A stretch of DNA of 64,000 nt from Eledone cirrhosa. Its lineage: Eukaryota. The DNA lies in NCBI GenBank assembly GCA_964016885.1, contig OZ024754.1, forward strand, positions 17,050,001 through 17,114,000, written 5' to 3'. Position numbers and translations under genes: made by a program. The notes under the pieces are model-generated. The model searched no databases and was not told the DNA's origin. It saw nothing but the letters and a program-made list of their open reading frames with translations. Position 1 is the first letter of the stretch; the number at the start of each line of letters is the position of its first letter. Positions 54,225-64,000 of the stretch are shown piece after piece.

Positions 54225-54480
54225 TACTACCACCACCACTACTACTGCTGCTGCTGCTGCTGCTGCTACTACTACCATTATCACCACCACCACTACTTCT
54301 ACTACTACCACTACCACCACCACCAACACCACTACTGCTGCCACTACTACCACCACCACCACTACTGCTACTACTACCACTACCACTACTGCTGCTATTA
54401 CTACTACTACCACCACCACCGCCGCCGCCACCACTACTACTATTACTACTACTACTACTACTACTAATAATAATAATAAT
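54225..54480. repeat. Mosaic trinucleotide repeat (ACT/ACC/GCT/AAT); a (CAT/CAC)n mosaic also at ~55500-56040
   Basis: Direct reading. Confidence 0.93.
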
Positions 54481-54481
54481 T

Positions 54482-55160
54482 GTTTCTACTTTTGGACACT
54501 GGACGAGTGCATGCAGGACGGTTTCGTCGCCCTGCGAGCATCTCGGACATTCCCGGTTGACGGCACCTCCATGCCTGTAGAGTTTATCCCGAACTGGCAA
54601 AGCTCCTCGGTAGCAATGCCAGGCCAGGGATTTCTGGGAATTGTCCATAGGCCCCGGCCTGAAAGTTCTTCCGAAGAGATTGGCTAGTTGATTTTCACCG
54701 ATGCCTAGAGTTTCCCCAAGTACGTCGTCGCTCTTCCCCTCCACTAATCCTCTATAGAGCGCCAAGGTGGAGTTTCCACCGATCACATTGCCCGATTGGT
54801 CGAGGGCTGTGAGCGCCTGAAGACATTCCAGTCTCCAAGCGCTCCCTCTCGGTCTTCGCTTGACCCAGGACTGCAGCTCCGTCAAGGAGACGAGCTGGGG
54901 AAAGATGCGTCTAACAAACGGCGACCACATCTGATCACCGTCGAGGAAGAGGTGGAGATGTCGTAGCCTGAGCGCGTGTCTGCGCATCATCAGCCACGGC
55001 ATGCCCAGCCCTCCACGTAGCGGGTGTTGACAGCAGATGGACCGCCTGACCATTGGAGCGCGTCCCTTCCACAAAAAGCGAAAGAGCAAACGCTCCAGCG
55101 CAGTCAGGCGGGGCTTAGGACAAGGTACGACGGTCAGGCGGTACTAGATGACGGACGCGA
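54482..55160 (-). mobile_element. Tx1/L1-clade LINE ORF2 fragment (post-RT region and CCHC zinc knuckle)
   Basis: LFRFLWKG....V.R......GGLG.P, W....GALPV...L.R.G and CPRC....ET..HAL..CP; GC-rich relative to flanks. Confidence 0.82.
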
Positions 55161-55704
55161 TAATAATAATAATAATTGTTTCTACTTTTGGCACAAGGCC
55201 AGCAATTACTCAGTGTATTACTGGTACTTTATTTTATCGACCCCGTAAGGATGAAAGGCAAAGTTAACCTCGGTGGGATTCGAACTGAGAATGGCAAGGG
55301 CTATAATAATAATAATAATAATAACAATAATAATAATAATAATAATGCTAGTATTTTCCTTTCCCTTCCTTCTAACCTTGCTTTAGTAATGGTCCATGTT
55401 CTGTAACAGCAATTCTACCTCATCTGTTTAATATTGTCTCGTTATTTCTTCTCCTTACAAATCTTAATTATAGATCGATATAAGTTGTTTCCTTTTCCCT
55501 GCCATTATCCCCACCATCATCACCCTGATGATGATGATGGTCATCATTATCACCGTGATGATGATGATGGTCATCATTATCACCAACATTACCATCACCA
55601 CCACTACCTCCACTATCATCATTATCACAGTCACCATCATCACTGTCCTAATCATTATTGGGATCATCACCATCACCACCATCACCACTGACATTACCAT
55701 CATT

Positions 55705-55738
<34 letters not shown>

Positions 55739-55797
55739 CCACCATCACCACTGACATCATCATCACCACCATTATCACCACCGACATCACCATCATT

Positions 55798-55831
<34 letters not shown>

Positions 55832-56154
55832 CCACCATCACCACTGACATCATCATCACCACCATTATCACCACCGACATCACCATCATTATCATCACCA
55901 CTGACATTACCATCATCATCACTATCACCACCATCATTATCATCATCATTATCATCATCATCACCATCACCATCATCATCACCATCATCACCATCACTGA
56001 CATTACCATCATCATCACCATCACCACTGACACCATCACCACAGTAAAAAGAATCATTTCTTTCATTACTTAGCACCTGGAGTCACTCAATTGATTCAAG
56101 TTTTTTTTTCTTTTTCTGCTAAAGATGTGTCATAACATAACATTGAGCCTTATT

Positions 56155-59100
56155 TCCATGTATTGTATCTGCCACCATGTATTGTATCTGCCTCCATGTA
56201 GTGTATCTACCTCCATGTAGTGTATCTGCCTCCATGTAGTGTATCTACCTCCATGTAGTGTATCTGCCTCCATGTATTGCATCAGCCTCCATGTATTGTA
56301 TCTGCCTCCAGGTATTGTATCAGCCTCCATGTAGTGTGTCTGCCTCCATGTAGTGTATCTACCTCCATGTAGTGTGTCTGCCTCCATGTATTGCATCAGC
56401 CTCCATGTATTGTATCTGCCTCCAGGTATTGTATCAGCCTCCATGTAGTGTGTCTGCCTCCATGTATTGCATCAGCCTCCATGTATTGTATCTGCCTCCA
56501 TGTATTGTATCTGCCTCCATGTAGTGTATCTACCTCCATGTAGTGTATCTGCCTCCATGTAGTGTATCTACCTCCATGTAGTGTATCTTCCTCCATGTAG
56601 TGTGTCTGCCACCATGTATTGTATCTGCCACCATGTATTGTATCTGCCTCCATGTATTGTATCTGCCTCCATGTATTGTATCTGCCACCATGTATTGTAT
56701 CTGCCTCCATGTATTGTATCAGCCTCCATGTATTGTATCTGCCTCCATGTATTGTATCAGCCTCCATGTATTGTATCTGCCACCAGGTATTGTATCTACC
56801 TCCATGTATTGTATCTACCTCCATGTATTGCATCAGCCTCCATGTATTGTATCTGCCTCCATGTAGTGTGTCTGCTTCCATGTATTGTATCTGCCTCCAT
56901 GTATTGTATCTGCCACCAGATATTGTATCTGCCTCCATGTATTGTATCTGCCACCATGTATTGTATCTGCCACCATGTATTGTATCTGTCTCCAGGTATT
57001 GCATCAGCCTCCATGTATTGTATCTGCTTCCATGTATTGTATCTGCCTCCATGTATTGTATCTGCCTCCATGTATTGTATCTGCCTCCATGTATTGTATC
57101 TGTCTCCAGGTATTGCATCAGCCTCCATGTATTGTATCTGCTTCCATGTATTGTATCTGCCTCCATGTATTGTATCTGCCTCCATGTATTGTATCTGCCT
57201 CCATGTATCGTATCTGCCTCCATGTATTGTATCTGCCACCATGTATTGTATCTGCCTCCAGGTATTGCATCAGCCTCCATGTATTGTATCTGCCTCCATG
57301 TATTGTATCTGCCTCCATGTATTGTATCTGCCTCCATGTAGTGTGTCTGCTTCCATGTATTGTATCTGCCACCATGTATTTTATCTGCCACTATGTATTG
57401 TATCTGCCTCCATGTGTTGTATCTGCCTTCATGTATTGTATCTGCCTCCATGTATCGTATCTGCCTCCATGTATTGTATCTGCCACCATGTATTGTATCT
57501 GCCTCCAGGTATTGCATCAGCCTCCATGTATTGTATCTGCTTCCATGTATTGTATTTGCCTCCATGTATTGCATCTGCCACCATGTATTGTATCTGCCAC
57601 CATGTATTGTATCTGCCTCCATGTGTTGTATCTGCCTTCATGTGTTGCATCTGCCTCCATGTATTGTATCTGCCTCCATGTATTGTATCTGCCTCCATGT
57701 ATTGTATCTACCTCCATGTATTGTATCTGCCACCATGTAGTGTATCTGCCTCCATGTAGTGTATCTGTCTCCATGTATTGTATCTGCCTCCATGTATTGT
57801 ATCTGCCACCATGTAGTGTGTCTGCTTCCATGTAGTGTATCTGCCTCCATGTAGTGTATCTGCCTCCATGTATTTATCTACCTCCATGTATTGTATCTGC
57901 CTCCATGTAGTGTGTCTGCTTCCATGTAATGTATCTGCCTCCATGTAGTGTATCTGCCTCCATGTAGTGTGTCTGCTTCCATGTAATGTATCTGCCTCCA
58001 TGTAGTGTATCTGCCTCCATGTAGTGTGTCTGCCTCCATGTAGTGTATCTGCCTCCATGTATTGTATCTGCCTCCATGTATTGTATCTGCCACCATGTAT
58101 TGTATCTGCCTCCATGTATTGTATCTGCCTCCATGTATTGTATCTGCCACCATGTATTGTATCTGCCTCCATGTATTGTATCTGCCTCCATGTATTGTAT
58201 CTGCCACCATGTATTGTATCTGCCACCATGTATTGTATCTGCCTCCATGTAGTGTATCTGCCTCCATGTATTGTATCTGCCTCCATGTATTGTATCTGCC
58301 ACCATGTATTGTATCTGCCACCATGTATTGTATCTGCCTCCAGGTATTGTATCTGCCTCCATGTATTGTATCTGCCTCCATGTATTGTATCTGCCACCAG
58401 GTATTGCATCAGCCTCCATGTAGTGTATCTGCCTCCATGTATTGTATCTGCCACCATGTATTGTATCTGCCACCATGTATTGTATCTGCCTCCAGGTATT
58501 GTATCTGCCTCCATGTATTGCATCTGCCTCCAGGTATTGCATCAGCCTCCATGTATTGTATCTGCTTCCATGTATTGTATCTGCCTCCATGTATTGTATC
58601 TGCCTCCATGTATTGTATCTGCCACCAGGTATTGTATCTGCCTCCATGTATTGTATCTGCCACCATGTATTGTATCTGCCTCCATGTATTGTATCTGCCT
58701 CCATGTATTGTATCTGCCTCCATGTATTGCATCTGCCTCCATGTATTGTATCTGCTTCCATGTATTGTATCTGCCTCCATGTATTGTATCTGCCTCCATG
58801 TATTGTATCTGCCTCCATGTATTGTATCTGCCTCCATGTATTGTATCTGCCTCCATGTATTGTATCTGCCTCCATGTATTGTATCTGCCACCAGGTATTG
58901 TATCTGCCTCCCTGTATCGTATCTGCCTCCATGTATCGTATCTGCCTCCATGTATTGTATCTGCCTCCATGTACTGTATCTGCCTCCATGTATTGTATCT
59001 GCCTCCATGTAGTGTATCTGCCTCCATGTATTGTATCTGCCTCCACGTATTGTATCTGCCTCCACGTATTGTATCTGCCTCCACGTATCGTATCTGCCTC

Positions 59101-59381
59101 CATGTATCGTATCTGCCTCCATGTATCGTATCTGCCTCCATGTATCGCATCTGCCTCCATGTATCGCATCTGCCTCCGTGTATTGCATCTGCCTCCGTGT
59201 ATTGATCTGCCTCAATGTAGTGTATCTGCCTCCATGTATTATATCTACCTCCATGTATTGTATCTGCCTCCATGTATTGTATCTGCCTTCATGTATTGCA
59301 TCTGCCTCCAGGTATTGCATCTGCCACCATGTATTGTATCTGCCTCCATGTATTGTATCTGCCTCCATGTATTGTATCTGC
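56155..59381. repeat. 19-bp minisatellite, ~170 copies
   Basis: Unit ccatgtattgtatctgcct with point variants; produces the many MEADTIHGGRY/LPPCIVSASM pseudo-ORFs. Confidence 0.97.
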
Positions 59382-59534
59382 TGTTAATCAGAACAGCAAT
59401 ACTTCAACATGAGAATTAACTATTCCTTACAGGTTGCTCAAATCTTTTATAAAATGTTAGCTAACTTCTAAGAAGAGGTAACTTTTGAATTTCCAAACCA
59501 AAGACTTTTTTTGAGAAAAAAAAAAAAAGAAAAT

Positions 59535-59766
59535 GGTTGAGTGGACTCATAAGTTATGTCAAGGGCATGACAACCTCTCTAGTGCTCATAACATGAAAAT
59601 GCTCTCATTGCACCCTGTGAAGTTGTTGGTTAGATGAGTCCTCACAATGACTGGGTGCCCTTCATCTCACCAACAACTTCACAAGGTGTAATGGGAGCAA
59701 TTTATCATGTTATGAACACTAGAGATGTTGTTGTGCCCTTGACACATTTAATGAGTTCCCTCAACC
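59535..59766. other. Imperfect ~100-bp-arm inverted repeat built from RTE/SINE 3'-UTR-like sequence
   Basis: ggttgag..tgtcaagggca..ctagtg.tcataacatga..gtgaagttgttggt.agatga pairs with tcatct.accaacaacttcac..tcatgttatga.cactag..tgcccttgaca..ctcaacc. Confidence 0.8.
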
Positions 59767-60161
59767 CTCCCTCGTGCTCATAACATGATGAAATGCCCCC
59801 ATTACACCCTATAAAATGATTAGTGAGATGAAGGGCAACCACTCATAGAAAACTTGCCACACAAAATGTCATGAGGCTATTCTGTTGTGTCAAAGACATG
59901 ACAAACTCAAGATTTTCAAGCTGTCTGAGAGATCAGTAGCACCGATTAAATACTCTCTTGCTCTATGAAGACTTCTCCAACTCTTGTGAATTTCTACTCT
60001 TCATTGTCTCCATTCACTAACTACTTTACAGAGTGTACTGAGTGCCCTTTATTTGTGACATTAGTACTGGTGAAGTTACTTTGTCCCCTCTAGTACTAGA
60101 GAGTCCTCACTATATTGTATTTTTTCTTTTATAAAGAACTTAACCCTTTTTTTGGTTGCAG

Positions 60162-60225
60162 ATTACTGTTTTCAGATTAGGAGAAGCAGACATGGATTTA
60201 GCCATTTTGACTGCATTATTAAAGG
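60162..60225 (+). CDS. TRPM: TRPM exon 6 in window (ITVFRLGEADMDLAILTALLK)
   Basis: Acceptor ttgcag|ATT and donor G|gtatgt. Contains the ITVF...D.AILTALLK motif. Phase 0 in, phase 1 out. Confidence 0.93.
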
Positions 60226-61037
60226 GTATGTTAAGAGTTCTTTCTTTCCATATTTATTTTCTTCTGCACCTCTATTCTACCATACTTTTTTCTTTCTGCT
60301 CCTCTATCCTTCCATATTTATTTTCTTCTGCACCTTTATTCTACCATACTTTTTTCTTTCTGCTCCTTTATCCTTCGATATTTCTTTTCTTCTGCACATC
60401 TCTCCTACCATACTTTTATTCTGCATTTCTATCCTACCATACTGTTATTCTGCACTTCTATTCTACCATACTTTTTTTATTCTGCACTTCTATCTTTCCA
60501 TACTTCTGTCTTTTCTTTCAGAAACATTTGATTATATTGAATTATCACTTGTCAACATTTTTGTTATTTCTTTTCTATTTCTGTGTAACCAATGGAAATT
60601 TCATAACTATTTGTCGCTGCTGTTGTTGTTTTATTTCATTTCTACTAAGTTTTGCTTTATTATAATATAGATTTCTTATGTTTGAAGTACTTCACCCTTT
60701 TAATACCAAACTGCCTAAAACTGCCCCTCGTTCTGCAATACAAAACTTTTTATTTTAAAGTGTTTCTATTTAAAAATTTGGTAATATAGGGTTAAAACAT
60801 AATTATAGGCAGTGTCTTTCATTTAAAATATGGTAATATAGGGTTAATATTTATAGCCTGATGAGCCTCTGGGCTCATGACAGACTGATATATTAAGAGT
60901 CACCGCCTACAAATATATAAAATAGATTTCTAAAGACACCATATTTAATATCTCATATGAAAACTTCAATTTTGTATGTTTCAAATATTATTTGCTTTAT
61001 TGATGACTTATATATTTATTCTTTCTTGTTCCAATAG

Positions 61038-61162
61038 CTGTGATAAGCTACCCTAGCCAAGATTCAGGTGCAAGTGCCCCTGACCAGCTCAGTCTCACCT
61101 TAACTTGGGATCGTGTTGATATTGCCAGAAGTCATATTTTTGTTTATGGTCAAAACTGGCCG
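61038..61162 (+). CDS. TRPM: TRPM exon 7 in window (..ASAPDQLSLTLTWDRVDIARSHIFVYGQNWP); 5' boundary ambiguous (61038, 61062 or 61068)
   Basis: Not in the ORF track; read by hand. QL.L.L.W.RVDIARS.IF.YGQ.WP is the MHR3/4 hallmark. Donor CCG|gtaagt. Three in-frame AG acceptors are possible. Confidence 0.9.
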
Positions 61163-62267
61163 GTAAGTCATTTTACTATATCCTATCTATCTTTCTATAT
61201 TGTTGCTTTTTAACCCTTTAGCATTTAAACCGGTCGTCTCCGACCAGAATTCCCTCACCTTTTTCTATTCAAACTGGCTGTAACCAGCCACTCATACTTA
61301 TGTTCAGGTGTTGTTTTCAAAAAACATAATATCAAAATCTCATAGATTCAATATTATGTGAGATGATTATGTAAGGTAAAGCCTTTACCTTGAAAATACA
61401 ATAGTATATATGTAAAGGGTATAAATGTTAAAGGGTTAAATGTTTACGTGTGTGTGTGTGTGTAGAATAATAACAATGATAATAATAATTGTTTCTACTT
61501 TAGGCACAAGGCCAGCAATTACCCAGTGCATTACTGGTACTTTATTTTATCAACCCCGTAAGGATGAAAGGCAAAGTAAACCTCGGTGGGTTTTGAACTC
61601 AGACCGTAAAGGGACGTAACTCTATGCTGGAAAGCATGGCGTCCGACTATCTACCGATGCTGCCAATCCACCGCCCTAATAATTAATAGTATTAGTATTA
61701 TTGTTATTTGTCAATATTGGTAGAGTGTCGGACAACTTTTTTTGTAACATATAGTTACACGCCTTTATGTTCTGAGTTCAAATCCCGCCATGGTCAACTT
61801 TGCCTTTCATCCTTACAGGGTCAATAAGATAAAGTACCAGTAATGCACTGGGATTGATTTAATCAACTTTCCCCACCCCAAAATTGCTAGCTTTGTGAAA
61901 GTAATGTGCCAGTGGCTGAGCATTCCACAAACATGTGCTCCCCTAACATATTTCTTAGGGAGATTCAGCATGACACACGAGGCTGGCTGTCCCTGTGACT
62001 GGAGACATTTGAAATGAAGTTTCTTGCTCAAGGACAGAATACACTGCCGGGAATCAAACTCACAACCTTACGATCTTGGGCTAAAGACTCTAACCACTAA
62101 GTCGCATGCCTTCACTGTGTGTGTGGGTGTGTGTGCGTGTGTGTGTATGTGTGTGTATATGGTAGAGAGCTGGAGAAGGAGGTGTATATATATATCAGAG
62201 AAATCTAGAGAAGGAGATGTGTGTATATATATATATGTGTGTGTATTTATATATGTGTGTGTATTTA

Positions 62268-62349
62268 TGGCAGGGGGCTAGAGAAGGACGAGTGTATGTA
62301 TATATATATATATGTATATATATGGCAGGGAGCTAGAGAAGGACGTGTG

Positions 62350-62420
<71 letters not shown>

Positions 62421-62495
62421 GGGAGCTAGAGACGGACGAGTGTATGTATATATATATATGTATATATATGGCAGGGGGCTAGAGATGGACGTGTG

Positions 62496-62550
<55 letters not shown>

Positions 62551-62576
62551 GGCAGGGAGCTAGAGAAGGACGTGTG

Positions 62577-62645
<69 letters not shown>

Positions 62646-62671
62646 GGCAGGGAGCTAGAGAAGGACGTGTG

Positions 62672-62724
<53 letters not shown>

Positions 62725-62750
62725 GGCAGGGAGCTAGAGAAGGACGTGTG

Positions 62751-62819
<69 letters not shown>

Positions 62820-62849
62820 GGCAGGGAGCTAGAGAAGGACGTGTGTATG

Positions 62850-62880
<31 letters not shown>

Positions 62881-63030
62881 GGCAGGGAGCTAGAGAAGGA
62901 CGTGTGTATGTATATATATATATATATATGTATATATATGGCAGGGAGCTAGAGAAGGACGTGTGTATGTATATATATATATGTATATATATGGCAGGGA
63001 GCTAGAGAAGGACGTGTGTATGTATATATA
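62268..63030. repeat. Compound repeat: constant ggcagggagctagagaaggacgtgtgtatg unit separated by variable (TA)n, ~12 copies
   Basis: Direct reading. Confidence 0.92.
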
Positions 63031-63253
63031 TCTAAACTCTAAAGTCTGTCTTAAGCCAGAAGGCTCATTTGGCCGGTGCTTATCCCGGTTTCATGGTGTG
63101 GAGCGCAAGAGAGTACAAGACTCCCCCCTGGACAGGACGCCAGCTATTGTGCAATGAAGTGTTTTGCTCAAGAACACAACATGTAACCCAGGAATCGAAC
63201 CAACGACACTAGGCCATGTGCCTCCACGTATATACATACACACCTCTTATATA

Positions 63254-63295
<42 letters not shown>

Positions 63296-63312
63296 AGAGA
63301 GCCAGAAAAGGA

Positions 63313-63365
<53 letters not shown>

Positions 63366-63499
63366 CTCCTATATATATATAGGAGGTGTGTTGAGGCAAA
63401 TAACTATGTGTATACTCTGGTAATGTATCTTACATTTCCCATTGAGTGCGCTGAGATACAACCGGTACTGGCATTGATAAATATGCTGGGTCCGTCAAC

Positions 63500-63534
<35 letters not shown>

Positions 63535-64000
63535 AGAGGGCTAGAAAAGGATGTTTGTGTATGTGTGTATATATATATACATACACACCTCCTATATAAA
63601 TATATATATATAAAAGGTAAATAGAAATAACAACACAATCAGTACAGTATATGGAAGGAATATATTAGGTTAACGCTTGAAATAGCAGGAAGAGAGTCTT
63701 AACGTTATTAGTCTTAACGGATGCTAGTCCTTCATCAGAAGAAAGAATGAGATTGAAGGACGGAATTGGAAAAAAAGTTTTTAGAGAAGATATATATGTA
63801 TATATATATATGTGGAATATATGTATATATATATATATGGAATATATATATATATATATATGGAATATATATATATATATATATATGGAATATATATATA
63901 TATATATATATATATGGAATATATATATATATATATATATATATGGAATATATATATATATATATATATGGAATATATATATATATATATGGAATATATA

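Noticed and set aside
55434-56076. His-, Asp/Gly-, Ile/Thr- and Ser-rich ORFs
   Set aside because: Alternative frames of a (CAT/CAC)n trinucleotide mosaic.
56130-59419. 300-430-aa repeat ORFs (MEADTIHGGRY / LPPCIVSASM)
   Set aside because: By-product of a 19-bp unit without stops, open in several frames on both strands.
60152-60670. 169-172-aa hydrophobic ORFs overlapping exon 6
   Set aside because: Only 60162-60225 is TRPM-like; the rest is read-through into a CT-rich intronic repeat.
60855-60890. CTGATGA-GCC-tctg-GGC hammerhead-like start
   Set aside because: No GAAA after stem II, so the core is incomplete.

Overview
AT-rich eukaryotic genomic DNA full of (TA)n microsatellites. The repeat families and gene style suggest a coleoid cephalopod (Octopus-like); this is inferred, not proven. 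The window contains seven internal + strand coding exons of a TRPM-family cation channel gene of the TRPM1/3/6/7-like type, covering the N-terminal MHR region (1011 nt, 337 codons, all GT-AG and phase-compatible). The first and last exons lie outside the window. The rest is presumably intronic and mostly transposon-derived: a 5'-truncated Penelope-like element (RT end + GIY-YIG), RTE, R4/Dong-like and Tx1/L1-like LINE remnants, two or three tRNA-derived SINE families, a DD37D Tc1/mariner element, a Tc2/pogo-like element, piggyBac-, hAT- and mariner-like MITEs, a candidate Helitron and several minisatellites. The most striking unexplained structure is about a dozen hammerhead-ribozyme motifs in at least three short (TA)n-embedded element families. 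Several sit in near-perfect fold-back palindromes, and one fully canonical hammerhead lies on the sense strand of a TRPM intron. Most ORFs in the supplied track are microsatellite artefacts.
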